NCBI GenBank assembly: GCA_001643675.2
Contig: LSRY02000019.1
Coordinates: 372,001-436,000 of the forward strand
Length of the DNA stretch: 64,000 nt
Direction of reading: 5' to 3'
Source of the DNA: Monocercomonoides exilis PA203
Lineage: Eukaryota; Protista; Preaxostyla
Shown here one piece after another: positions 12,501 through 25,804 of the stretch. Each line of letters begins with the position of its first letter. The stretch's first letter is position 1. Under the pieces are notes generated by a model. It had not been told where the DNA came from. It was given only the letters and a program-made list of their open reading frames with translations, and ran no database searches. Made by a program: the position numbers and the translations under genes.

Positions 12501-12631
12501 AAGTCATCTCACAGCTCACGTTCTTCAAGCCAACAGGAACAGAAATCAAACAGAGAATTGAGGATCTGATTTTGAGAGAGTACATCGAGAGAGATTCGAA
12601 GAACAGGAACACACTGAAGTATCTTCCATAA
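9586..12631 (+). CDS. Cullin (CUL1-like E3 ligase scaffold), multi-exon
   Basis: Cullin repeats (YMNMTNSIYNM, LFNYL|DRFY, ELEQEFLQ), cullin homology domain (EKDKF..LSKRLL, FTAKMEGMFTD, VQILTQSHWP) and the neddylation winged helix DAALVRIMKAKR...IEDLILREYIERD. Confidence 0.95.
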
Positions 12632-13056
12632 GCATATTTATTGAAAAAGAACCACTTTTCGAAACGAGGTCGGAAGGAAGCAACTTGCGAGGCTTGGCTT
12701 TTTGGTTCGTTTTTTTAAATGCAATGGGTGGTTGTTGAAAAAAAAATATACAAAAAATTTTTTGAATGTTATTTATTTTTAAAGTTGATTTTAAAAGTAA
12801 TAATTATGATGTTGGCAAAAATCACGTCAAATACTTAACCTGTATCTTTTTTTTCTTTTTTTCTATCTCCTCAAGACTTTAATTATCTTATATCTTGAAA
12901 CTGATGACAAATTCTCTTTTTCAAATTTCAAAAATTATTCGTTATATTTTGGGTTGCAATTACGGTAGAAATATGAATCGATAATCGTTCTGTTATTTTT
13001 GATTGTAAAAGGAAAATTTCGTTTCATCCTCAACCCATATCCCAAAAGCCGATAAA

Positions 13057-15301
13057 ATGAGCTCAATTCTTGCCAAGCTTTTATGCGCAGCAGGAATGAT
13101 TGTTTCAGATGGATCAATTACAATTTTGAAAAAGGTGCAGTACGAGTCATGTGCGCCCGGGTTGTCGACTTGCCCGGGAGCAAAAAGCGGTATTCTTTTT
13201 TTTTTTAATATTCTGTTTAACATTTTTGCAAACAAAGGATGCGACATTTCATTTGCGCCAAGCAATCATCAATTTAATAAAGTTTGCTTTCGTCGGTTTT
13301 TAGTAGATTTGTCCATTTTCAGAATGAAATAGCCATGGATTCAGACTTCCGTAATGTTTGTTGGTGAAGCATGCAGCTTTATTTATTATTTCATAAAAAT
13401 TTTGAAAGAAAAATGGAAAAAAAGAAAATACCTCTTGATGAAAGAAAACAAATCATCACATTCAAAACGTGAAATATTGAAGCTCGTATTAATGTTTGCT
13501 TTGTTTGGCTTTTTGGATCTTATTGGTACAACGGTCGCAAGCATCGGACTCCTTTGGGTGCCTGGGTCAGCTTTTCAACTTTTAAGAGGAACTGTGATAA
13601 TTTTTACGGAGTTGGGCTCGATTCTGATTTTAAAGCGAAAAACAAACAGATATCGATGGATTGGAATAGGATTGGTAAGTTGATTTTAATTTTTTTCGTA
13701 ATATAGATCAATGTAAAAAATTTGCTTATGTTTCATTATAAAATTTCAGGTTGTTACATGCATGATACTTGTTGGAGTTGCAGGAATTCTTGATTCTCTT
13801 GATGAAGAACAAGATAAACAACAAGCATCTTCTTCTTCTTCTTTCTCTCTGATCCTCCAATCATTTCATTCGCTCTTCAATCCTCAGTCATTTCAATTGG
13901 ATTCATCTGTTCCTTTAGCACATCATTTGGAATCGAAGAACACTGAAATTGGAAGAAACACATTTCAATCTTCATTCACTTCACCTGAATCATTTCCAGA
14001 TAACTCAACCTTTCTGTCTCATTCACTTTCTGCTATGGATAATGGAGCCACATCGAAAAAAGTGCTGTATATTCTTGGAGCATCTTTGATTCTTGGAAGT
14101 CAAGTTGTTGGGAGGTTTGAATAGATACTCATTATAATCTGAATTGATTTCAAAAATTCATATTTTTAAAACTAATTCTAATATCTTTCAATTATTCCAA
14201 TAATTAAAAATACTTTTCTCTGTTGCGATTAAATGGAACACGTAGTTTGCAAATGGTGCTTGAAGAAATGCTTCTTAAAGGGAAAAGCGTTGATCCTGTT
14301 ATTATGGTCGGATTTGAGGGCACGTTTGGGTTTGTTGCTGCAAAAGATAAAAGAAAAAAATGATCTTTTTTCTTTTAATGAATCAAAAATTTGAAACATT
14401 TTTGTAGATTTTATTTTTTTTTCATTAATATTTTCTTCGTTTTGAGACAAAAATTTCGTTTTTGTTTTTGAACTTTCTTTTTTATTTTCATGTTCTTTTC
14501 TGTGAATAATAATTCATTCTCTTTAAACAATTCTAAATGTACAATTTTCTTTCTTTTCTTTTTTTTTTAATTCCCATTTGCGATTCAGTTTTATGTTTAA
14601 CACATTCATTGCGTTGCCCATTGTTCACAACATTCCTGGCAACGACTGCGGGAAATTTGAGAATGTGGTTGATGGCCTGTGGATGATGACTCAGAGCTGG
14701 CTGATTTTAGGCTTATCTCTCGGCTCAGTCGTTTTGGAAGGAACATACAACGTTCTTTCTCTCACAGTTTGTTATTGAGATACACACACAAATTGATTTC
14801 TTTTTCTATTGTTCTATTTTAACTTTGTATGTATGATTGAATTGCAAATTGAATATGTTATTTCAGACAACAAAGCATTTATCTGCTGTGCACAGAACAA
14901 TTGTTGATGCGCTGACAATGGCATTCGTTTGGATAATTATGATTCTCATAAAGCTGTTCGGAGGAGGCAAATATGGCGAGTCGTTCACTCGTTGGTCTTT
15001 CATTCAAATCATTGGATTTGTGGTGATGGTTTTTGTATGCCAAAGGAATAATTATCGGAATTTTAGAGTGATGAAGTAAAAATATGAATTAAATGTGTTT
15101 CATTTTTTTATTATTCTGTTGATTTTCTTCGATCATTTAATCATGATATTTAATTTCTATACTTTATATTAAAAAATTTATATATTTAATATTTAGGGAA
15201 CACTGATATTTAACGGTGCTTTTCCGTGCCTTCGTTCAAAACAGGCCGACCCAACACTTTCAAATGATGCTGAAGCTTCAAAGCCAATAAATGAAACTTG
15301 A
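13057..15301 (+). CDS. SLC35F6-like drug/metabolite (nucleotide-sugar) transporter, multi-exon
   Basis: HQFNK|PWIQTSVMFVGEA, FLDLIGTTVASIGLLWVPGSAFQLLRGTVIIFT, VGFEGTFG, TKHLSAVHRTIVDALTMAFVW. Confidence 0.85.
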
Positions 15302-15508
15302 AAAACTCGAAAAGAATTAGTCGTTTTTTATATCAATTGCTAACTTTTTTGTTATAGGTTATTTGTTTTATTTGAAATAGAGAGTTGATTTCGTTTTTTA
15401 AAATTTTGATCATATTTGCCATTTCTTTTTTATAAAGTACTTATTTTGTTTTAGTTTAAAAAATTCAAGGCTACATAAAGTAGTCTTAAATATTGCACAA
15501 ACGTACAA

Positions 15509-18500
15509 ATGGCAGATTCAATTTCTTTATTTGTTACTGCTATGAATTATGAAAAACTCGAAGCAGTTCACGAGTATTTTCGTAAATATGGTAATAAGAA
15601 TGAAGAAATTTCAGAAAATCAAGTATACATTTAATTTTTTCAGTTTCTATTATCATAATTAACATTCTTTATTAAAATTTGAAAATAAAATTATTTAGTT
15701 TCTTGATTGTTTTCATTCAATTCTCGGAAATAAATGCCTTCCAGACAATGAAATGAGTTGCATGTTCAGAAAAATAGATTGCGAATCAATCGGACGAAGT
15801 ATTTCAATTCTATTTATTATTATTATCGAAAAAATAACATTTATTTGCTTCATACAGTTCCCTGGAATGATTTTTCAACATATTTATTACAACAATCTGC
15901 AGTAATTTCAATTGGATCAGAAATACAAGATTCTCTATATCATTCAGTCGATGAAAATTTAATTTCAGAAAAAAAAATTTCGACGAGCTCTTTTCATAAA
16001 GATTTTATTTCCGATTTTGTGTTCATGAAAGAGTCAAATACATATCTTTCATCGGGGTGTGATTCGTTTTTATGTGATTATATCAATTCAATTTTCATTT
16101 ATAGATTGGACGGGCTAATAAAAGCTTGGGAAGGCTCTTTGCTAGGAAATGTGACGTCAACAATTAATCATACGAAAGTTCTGAAAAGTTTCATGAAAAT
16201 AGAAAAGTCAGATGTTTTAGCTGAAGTCCGTTCTGCAGAAATCGAAATGATAGATCGTGAATTGTCTGGCAGAAAGCTTATACCAGAAAGGAATAAAATA
16301 CCCGGACTCAAACTGAATAAGGCGTCAAAGAAGGCTTCAAACTCATCAACCGAGGGCACAGCTCACGAACTTGAGCAAAACGGTGAAAATAGAAGAGGAA
16401 CAATGGGAAGAACATATTCGAAAATCTTAGATACAGCAGAAAACACAAGAAAAGAAAAGCCTACTTCAGTTTTTGATGCTCTTTATTCTGAATTTGTCAC
16501 GACATTTCAGGAGAAGGATAATAACAACCCAAACAATCCAAAAGATAAGTCACCAGAAAAAAGCAATTCACAAATAAAAGCCAACACTCAAAGACCAGCC
16601 ACATCACTTGGAATTGGAGGCAGCTCGGCAACAGGCACAAAGCAGCACCGGCCACAAACACCTTCATCACCCTTGATGACTCCTTCACCCGCTGCAGCTG
16701 CTTCAGCTTCATCTGACACAACTGAGCTGATTGCGCAGACGCTGAGGATCAAAGAAGCCCTACTGGAGGAAGAGCGGGAAGACGAAAACGCCGCCAAGCA
16801 CCATCCGTCCACGTCAAAGTTCCATGAGCTTCTGCTGACGTCGCGTGCAGACATCACAACACACAACCCAGTTGCTCAGAGGATGCGGGAGCAGCTCGCC
16901 GAGGACGGAGAAAGAGAGAAGGAGAAGCGGCTCACATTCCGAAGCCTGGTGCCGTTCAGCCAGAGGTACCAGTCGGAGCTGTCTCCGGCTGTGCTGACAC
17001 GAAGAATGAGTGGATATTCATCATCTGCAAGAGGCGGCAGCGGAACAAACAATGGTTCAATAGCAGAGAATGAGGAATATTACGAAAGTTTCAGAGATTA
17101 TGATGAAGAAGCTGCTGGAGATGAAGAATCAGAGGAGCACTATTACCGCGACGAGTATAGAGATGGCAAAGATTTTTCATTTGGCGCATTTGATGAGACA
17201 TTCATGCAAAGCCCATACAAAACATCCCGACCTCACTCACAACCGGGTTCTTCTCGAATGACAGAAGCACATTCTCCATTTGCCACTTCCCGTGCGATGA
17301 CTCGCCCTCAATCTTCGCTCAGCTCTTATCGCTCATACAACACAAGTCCGTTGTATCAACAGGAGCAGCAGCAGCAACAACCACAACAGAACATTCCTCC
17401 TCTTTCATTCCCAGGCTCCTTTTCATCTCCCTCACATAATCAGTCGCCCAGCCACTCTGCCGGAACAATCCACAGCCTCAGCACAACCGAACGGCAGAAG
17501 CCGCTGACAGGCAAAGGCGGGGCGCGTGAGGAGCGCTACCTGGACAACATTGAGATGCTGAACCCATTCACCCTCGGCGAGGCAATCTCTGCTCGCATCC
17601 CATCGTCGCAGTCGCCCTGGAAGGAGCTGACGGTGCAGCGGGTGTCGCCGAAGAAGCCGCACACGTCGGCGGTGCAGCGGAGGATGGACAGCCTCATCGA
17701 AGAGATGAAGCCGAAGGAGATGCGGCGCGCGTGGGAGCCGCAGGAGGGCCGCAAAGAGAGAGTAAGAGAGTGCATAAAGATATTTAGACACGACATGGCT
17801 GACGCCAATGATGATGATGCTAATGATGGCGCTGATGATTACCTCCTCACTGAAGCAAATGCCCTGCAAGCGCTGGAAGACGAGAAAGATCGGAAGATGG
17901 CAGAGGACATGGGCCGCTTCCCGAAGCTGGCGCCTCCTCAATTTGTGGATGTAAAGCGGTGTCTGTCCGAACGTGACCACTTCCTCCTGCAGCGCGAGCG
18001 GCGACGGCGCGGGTGGCGGATGCAGCCTTCGCATGTGGTGCAGATTGTGGAGAAGGAGAAGCCGGTGTGGGTGGTGGCGATGTGCGTGCTGCCGGACAGC
18101 GGGTGGGTCGTCGTGTGCACCAGCGACCGCCGCGCCACGTTTTTCGAGCCGGCGGGGATGCGCGCGAGGGGCCAGCTGGTGGGACTGGAGGCGATCCCCA
18201 GCGGCGGCTGCATCGGAATCTCGGCGAAGCAGACGGCGATCAACAGAGAGCTGCTTGTGCTCGGAAGAGACGACGGGAATGTGGAGGTGTTTGCAGTGAC
18301 AGAGGAGCAGATGAAGAAAGTGATTGACGTGACAGTCGAGAAAGGGCGAGTGATTCTGGACGAAATTGTAGGGCTGCCTCCGAAAATAAGAGAAGACCTG
18401 AGAGAAGGAATGACACAGTCAGAAATAGAAGAGAAGATCCAGGCAGCAGCTGCCATTTCTGCGCTGTCCAAGCTGCCTCAGACTCCAAACACTTCAACAA

Positions 18501-21500
18501 CTCCTGCATTGACCCCACGAACTGCTCAGCCTTTGCCTCCATCCAATGTGGATTCCACGCCTTCTGCTGCTCTTCTTTGTGTGCGCTCTCCACAGCCGAC
18601 CAGCAGAACACTGCCTCCTCCGCAAAGGGAGACGCCCCAGGCGATCCACGTTGCTTCTCCGCGGCATGCCACACCGAATGCTGAGAACTCCCACTCGACC
18701 ACATTCATCACAGCAACAGAGGAGACAGAGCAGCCGCAGCAGTCGATCTCTCCAACACCTCCCTTTTCGCCTGCCAACATCAGCCAGTCTTCGCTTTCTC
18801 CGCTCATTCAATCCACTTCATTTCAGCTGGCATCCATCAACTTGCCGCAGAAACCTTTCACACAACTCACACCACACACATCATCAGAACACACCTCACT
18901 TCAGAACTTTACTTCGCTCGACCTTCAGCATGCTCCAGATGCAGACAGTCCCACAGGTCATATGCGCTTAGAGCAGCTGACAGACATTTCACCGTCAACA
19001 GAAGCATTTCACTGTGCTTTGACAAAAGTCCCTTCTCCGCTTGCTGCTTCTTCAGACTCTGGCGATTCCGCAAAGGAGCATTCAGATGAAAAACAGCAGC
19101 AGCAGCAATTGCCAAGGCACAATTCATCCACATTCATCCCTGCACCTCACACGCCTTCACATCAGTCATCTCTCATCTCTCCTCCACTCACTTCGCGCTC
19201 TGCCAACGTGACTGAAGAGCCTGTGCTTTCTGTCAGAAGCCGCGTGCCCATCCTCTTCCCAGCATCTTCCTCTTCCTCTTTGCTGGCCAACCGCTTCCCC
19301 TCTGCCCGTTCGCACCGGACTCCGCGCGATGGCTCCTTCTGGTTGTCGCGCGACAGCGACGACTTCAGCCGAGGAGATGACGACGACGAGTACATCGACG
19401 AAGAGCTGCGCTCGCAGATGCCCCTCTTCACAGAGCGGATGCGGAACACGACACCGCTCAGACGGTCGATCACACCTGTGAGCCAGCTCTTCTGGAAGCC
19501 TGAGGAGACAGCGAAGACAAGCCTGTTTGGGCCTGGTTCAGATGGCTCAGAAGCTCTGTCAGAGACGCCGCTGGCGTCTGCTGCTTTGTTCGCAGGCGAT
19601 TTGGGTGCGTCTTTTATTGCCTATCCATTTGCGTCGGATGCAACACGGCGCTCCACAAACAAGGAAACCAGTCCAGATGCTACCTCTGCAAATCCTCATG
19701 TACGCAATTCTGTCTCATCGACTGTATCTGCCCATGGAACTGTTGAGTCTCCCAACCACAAAAAATCCTTGTTCAGTTCGCCTACAAAGAAAAAACATAC
19801 AGACAAAGTGAGTGCCAAGCAGCCGCGGAAGAGCAAGCCGAAGCTGCCGTCGAATCTGTGCTCGTTCTCGACCAGCGAGGACATTCTGAGCAGCGACCCA
19901 AACGTGACGACTGCGCGGCTGATCCGAAAGAAGTCTGTTCTGAAGCCTGCCGATGAGGAGGACTTCCGGATCACGATGACCTCTTCGCATGGAGGGATGC
20001 TTGTGGTCGATTCCACCGGCTCCACAATCGGCGCAGTTGGAGCAGCCCCGTCGGCGGTGGCATCTCCATTGGCACAGCTGAAGAGGCAGGTGATGCTCAA
20101 GCGGTCGTTCATCGAGGCACGCTCGAACCCGTCACCACTTGCACCGACTCCTCCGCTGCAGAAGCAGAAGATGATAAAAGCACTGGAAGAGTTCAAAGCC
20201 AGACGTGCGTTGCAAAAACAGGTGGATGCACAGAATAAGCTGCAGTTTCAAGGAACTCCTCAAAATAGACTGCAATTGACTCAGAGATCTCATTCGTCAA
20301 TAGCTGCTCCGACTTCCAAAACATTACAAAGAAGCTCGCCATTATCAACAAACCGGGCAAATGCAGATGATATTTTGCTGACGCCGAGTGGAACGACTCG
20401 TTCTTTAACAACCAAAACAGCGTCGCTCCAACAGCTCACTCATAAAACTGGACTTACTCCTTCTGCCATTGAAAAGATGAGGAAAAAGAAAGAAGAAGCA
20501 CTTCTGCTTGATCCATCCAATCCCAATGAAAACACATTTTCTGTTCCAAAATTGAGCGAGCTTAACGTCTTTGCGCAGAACAACTTTGAGATTATTGAAA
20601 GAACACTGAAAACTGCATTCCAGCATACCCTTCCCACCCCATCTGTTACCAGCGATCTGCAGATGCGTGCTGCCGAAGGTTCCTTTTCTGCGAAAGTGCA
20701 TCGTTCGCCTATCACAGCGATTGAATGGATTCCTGATCTTTCTCTTCTGCTGACAGCTTCTCTGGACGCGACAATGAAGCTGCTGGAAATCGAGAAGATG
20801 AAGGAGAGGCTGGTGATGGTGGCGCATACACGAGGCGTGCGGTGTGTTGTGTGGTCTGCAAAATACAAGATAATCGTGTCTGGTGGGCTTGACCACAATG
20901 TGATTGTGTGGAATTCGTTGTCTGCAACCCCCGCAGGTATTTTGACAGGACACACAGATCCTGTCATTTCAGTGACTGTTGACGAGCACAGCGACATCAT
21001 CCTTTCGCTTTCCAACAGCGCGAGCATTCGCCTGTGGGATGTGAAGTCTCATGCTGCCCTGCAAGAATTGAGAGGAATTGACCCTCTGACTCAACTTCCC
21101 TTCAAACACATGCGCTATTGCCCTCATCACAAAGTTGTTGTTTTGTCGAGTGCGAGGCTGGTGGCGTGGCGACACTCCACAAAAGACGAAGAAGCAAGCA
21201 AAGCAGCTCACAATGAGGATGTGCAAATACTGTTGTTCAACCGCGAATTTAGTCAACTGGTCAGCATTGATCTATCAAATGTTGTGAATGTGTGGGATAC
21301 CCTCACAGGGAGAAACGTGGTGAGATTCAGAGCTGCACACAAAGACAGCATCACAACCGCTTGTTTTGACAAGAGCGAACGCCGCCTGCTGACAGCATCA
21401 ACCGACGGCCTTGTGAAAGTGTGGAATCATCATCGAGGCCTTCTGCTGAAATCGTTTGAGATCAGCTCAGTCGACACTGAGAAGATAAACAGAAAAGATG

Positions 21501-24500
21501 GGGCCAATGAACGAGGTGTATGTGGGCTTGGGGCGTTGCTTGCGAAGGAGCTGTCTGAAGCACATAATGACGAGTGGGATGACGAAGGTGTAGTTTCTCT
21601 GACAGCAGAACAGAAGAAAAGAGACAAAGAAACGGGAGGAATACACCAAAGAAAGCTAAACAGGAAAAGGAAGCGAAGGGAGATGCAGAGGCTGATTGAC
21701 CAAAAGAACAGAACAATGAATGACGACATTTTCTCAACTGATGTCTTTCCTGCTGATGAAGACGAGGTTTTCAATAAAGAGTACATCCAGCAGCAACAGG
21801 AGCAAGTGCAGAAGGAAAAGATGAAAGAAGACGAGCGCTTCAGCGAAGAGATATTTTCAAAGGGCTACAAAAGAATGATAAACATCCGACAAATCATATT
21901 CTGCTCGACTGTGCTGTCCCCAAGAATGGTTATTGCTGTTGGCTCACATAAAACAATACGCGCAATAAGCGAATTGCCCGTTCAGGAAGAAAAACAAGCC
22001 ATCGACGGAAGTGCAAATGTCAATCACACAGAAAGGATTATTCTGTCTGAAAAGATGAAGAAGCATGGAGAAACAGTTCTGTGCTGCTGCTTTCTTAGTC
22101 CGAACATTGTGGTTACAGGAGCAGATGATGGATCGTTGATTGCATGGAATGCAGACACTGGCGTGGAACGTTGCACGATCGAACGTGGTGAAAAAGAGGA
22201 AGAGCTGAGAAATTCAGCAGAGGCTTTTCTGACTTCTCAGCAGAAAGTTGGAGGAATAAATTCCAATGGAGCCAAAACTTTATCGGGCGAATCTGGGGGA
22301 GGCATTGCTCGTTCAGACTTTCCTTCAGCTCCTTCTTCCTCTGAAACAGTCCAGAGAGGTACTTTACAAGATAACACTAATTTAAATCCGTTATCACCTC
22401 TTACGCAGCCTGCAAATCAAAGCTCGTTCCAACAACTTCCTGGATATGCACGTAACACTTTGCTTCAGAAAAACTCATCCTCTTCTTCAACCTGTTCTCT
22501 TCTGCCGCAATCATCTGCCATGACGCAGCAAGTGTCTCCTACAACAATGATAAGTCCAGCCCAGTCCATGCAACAACTCCCCGATGCATTCTCAAACGTT
22601 GAGTCAGTAAAAATGAACTTTCGTGTTGCCTCAATTGTTCTTTCAGTCCCACAACAGCCAGAAATGGTCCTCACTCATTCAGCCGACGGGTTCCTGCGAA
22701 TTTACGCTGTTCTGCGAAATAAGCTGCTTTGCTCCATTCAAACACACATTGACGTTGGTTTCTGTGCTTTTGATCGCGATGGACTCTTCTTTGCACTGTC
22801 TTCTTTGGATGGGCTGGTTCAGGTGTACCGCACAGAAACCCTTCTTGCGAGCGCAATAGCTGCGCTGGATAGACTCAAAGGAAACAAGCACACGAAAAGC
22901 AACAGCTTGATGTCTATCCCTTCATTGGGAATAAGAAACGTTGGTTCAGATTTTTCAGCCATTGGCGTCGATCTGCAAACAGACAGTTCTCAGAAGGATC
23001 TGCTGGAGAACACTAATACTTCCTCGATGATTGCACTTGCACCTGCCATTTTGCCAAAGTCTAAACTGCTAAACGATCCAAGCGGAGCGCTGTCTTTGAC
23101 AACTTCTTCTTCATCGGGAACTGTTTCTTCTCCATATCCTTCAGCGTCACCACAGATATCACGTTCTCCATCATCTTCTCGTCTTTCTGTGATTGAGACG
23201 AGCGATCCTGCAATTTTAGATGGGCATGAATTGTTACAATACCAATGGAAGACTGGATACGAAGAAACAACAACTCTGACTTTTATTGACATCCCAAATC
23301 TTCCATCAGCGAATCCGACTTCACAATCTTTGGAATCTGACCCGATGCCGAATGATAAAGATTTTGCATCCAAAAAAGATATATCCTTGGATACCGTCTC
23401 ACTTGCTCATGATGCCTCTTCAAAGAACGAAGCATCAGAGCCGGCTCTTTTGCCAATCCAAAATTCATCCACATTCCTCGCAATTGCTGCTGGAAAGGGA
23501 ATTGCATTATTTTCTCTGGAAGGAGCGTTGCTTGGTTCATATGGGGCTGCTCTTGTGAAAGGACAGCTTCCTTTGCAGACTGTTTTGGAGCATGTTCCAA
23601 TTATCCCTCTTGAAGCACCTGCACCGATACAGATCCACCAGAAGAATGAAAGGAAATATGTTCACCGAAGACAGCTGAAAAAGGAGTCAACACACAGCAA
23701 GCCAGGCTCGTGGATTCTTGGGTCAACATTTGGCTCGCTTCGGGATGGGGTGATTGAGCACATGGACACTTCAACAGCGCTTTCAACATTATTACCCGGC
23801 AATGAATCAGGGAGACACGATGGAGTAGTAGGAGACACGATGCAACGAGTCGGATCTGCAAAAGAAGGCTTAGCGAAAGACGTGTCTAAGCAAGACTTAA
23901 AACCAGAGATTGCCTTGCGGGATAACCCAGAGATACAAAAAGAACCACAAAAAGAAACTCAAAAGAAGAATCAAGAAGATAAGGCGCATGCAACATTACC
24001 AATTCAAATAGCCAACTCGAGGTATCAGAACGAAAGCAGGCAATGCTCTCCTTTCAATTCAAGAAGGCCTTCAATCACAGCAGACATTCTGCTTAACAGA
24101 CGTGGGACGATTACAGCATCGAATCCACCAACTCCATTTTCCACGTCTCGCCCGTCATCTGCCACACTCAAGCAGTCTGTGAATGAATCTGCTTCGAAGA
24201 ATTCGCTGCATCTGGATGATGACAACACAAAGGATTCAATGGCGTCATATCCATCAGTCTCAACCTCCAAAATCATGGGGCTTTCTTCGTCAAGCTATCA
24301 AGCCCATTCATCTCATCAGCTTGCAGCGAATACGGCCATTGGTGCAACAAATACAAAAACAGGTCAAAAAGATGAACAGAATTCTAAACGAGCAAAGATG
24401 CCATCTGGGGTAGCTATTTTGAGTGGAAAAGGAACGCTGGCTGAGCAAATATCACAATTACAGCGATCGAAGATTGGCCGCCCAGGTTCATCTTTGATGG

Positions 24501-24541
24501 ATAAAACACCATACAAAAGAATCGGAAAATATGGAATATGA
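15509..24541 (+). CDS. Very large EF-hand plus WD40-repeat protein, WDR49/WDR64 (CFAP337)-like, with long disordered insertions
   Basis: Spliced 5' exons give MFRKIDCESIGR|IPWNDFSTYLL (EF-hand-like). WD40 repeats include LLTASLDATMKLLE, IVSGGLDHNVIVWN, LLTASTDGLVKVWN and VTGADDGSLIAWN. Confidence 0.8.
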
Positions 24542-24781
24542 ATATAAAGTAATGTACTTTACAGTTATCTTTTAGACAAAGTTTGAAAAACAAACAGTCT
24601 CACTGAAAATGATCATGAATAGGCTCAACAATGCTCGTTTTTGTTTTAAAACTGTTTCATCATTTTTTATTCATTTTTTTTATCAATTACAAATCCTTAC
24701 TGTTTGCGTTCTAGCAATATTTTTCAGTTTTTTACCTTGATTCAATTAAGAAGACAATAGATGGATTGTGAATAGATTTTT

Positions 24782-24890
24782 TTTATTTAAATAAACCAGG
24801 TTTATTCAAATGAACTCATGTTTATTCGAATAGATCATGTTTATTTGAATAAACTGAGTTCATTTAAGATAGACTGAGTTCATTTGAGTT
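24782..24890. repeat. Tandem array of six 19-20-bp degenerate repeats (core TTYATTYRAATA), left end of unit A
   Basis: tttatttaaataaaccagg / tttattcaaatgaactcatg / tttattcgaatagatcatg / tttatttgaataaactgag / ttcatttaagatagactgag / ttcatttgagtt. Confidence 0.85.
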
Positions 24891-25552
24891 ACTAAAATTA
24901 AGATAAAAAACAAATATTTAAAATGTATATAAAATTAATTGCAAAAACATGCAAATATTATTTGTATATAAATAACCAAATTTTGGAAATGATTTTTAAT
25001 GTTTTTATCAAGATCTTTCAAAGATCATAAGGATAAAAATATTAATAAAACTGCCTAAATTCTTTTTCACATATACATGATTCAAAACACATCGTCAACA
25101 TATTCGTTGATAATTTAACTTTCGAACTTTGTTATCCACATGTTTTAACATATGTTAAAAATTGATTAAAAGAAGAATTTCGTGAATTATGAAATGATTT
25201 TCATTTTTTTATTTTCGCAAATAATGTTGATTGAAATAATGCTGAATAATGAATTGGATTATGTCAATGTATGTGCAAACAACTTTATTTATACTTAGAT
25301 TGGTTCAATAATATCAAAAGACGAATAAAAAACCGTGCAATATTTGAAATTGATATTATTTTTTTTTATAAGATAAAAATAAAAAAAAAAAATAAAATAA
25401 AAAAAAAAAAAAAAAATAAAAAATAAAAAAAAAAAAAACGAGTCTTCATTATTTCATTGAATAATGAACGAAGTTCAGCCGCTTTTCTCTTGCTATTTGC
25501 CTGCGCTTCTCGAGCAGACATTCATTTTTGCGTGACAGGTTTCCTGTTTAAA

Positions 25553-25800
25553 ATATGTCAAAATTTTTTTGAAAAGTTCCATTTGTTTAATTTTCAAATA
25601 TAACAAAAATTTCATATTTTGATCAAATTTATGTTCCCAATAATGAAACTTCACAAAAACGGTAATGATAACATTCCTTTGGATTTGTTTCCATTTTGGT
25701 GAAGTTTCTTGAGTAGGAACATAAATTTGATTGAAAAATGAAATTTTTGTTATATTTGAAAATTAAACAAATGGAACTTTTTAAAAAAATTTTGACATAT
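25553..25800. mobile_element. MITE/foldback element, 248 bp with ~110-bp inverted arms, nested in unit A
   Basis: ATATGTCAAAATTTTTTTGAAAAGTTCCATTTGTTTAATTTTCAAATATAACAAAAATTTCA... is nearly perfectly mirrored at 25690-25800. Ends TA|TGTC...GACA|TA are compatible with a TA target duplication. Confidence 0.85.
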
Positions 25801-25804
25801 GTGA

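Noticed and set aside
10570-12612. Minus-strand ORFs overlapping the cullin, and similar ones over the WD40 gene and SMC4
   Set aside because: Antisense shadows of GC-rich coding sequence with no independent motifs.
12935-13265. Minus-strand ORFs 12935..13117 and 12993..13265
   Set aside because: They overlap the first exons of the well-supported plus-strand SLC35F6-like gene.
15758-15860. ORF-track start of the 2927-aa protein
   Set aside because: It reads through intron sequence; the EF-hand-like exons from 15509 are in a different frame and give a better N-terminus.
25375-25438. Poly-A tract as a retroposon tail
   Set aside because: It is interrupted, no TSD or upstream retroelement body is recognisable, and similar A/T runs are common in this window.
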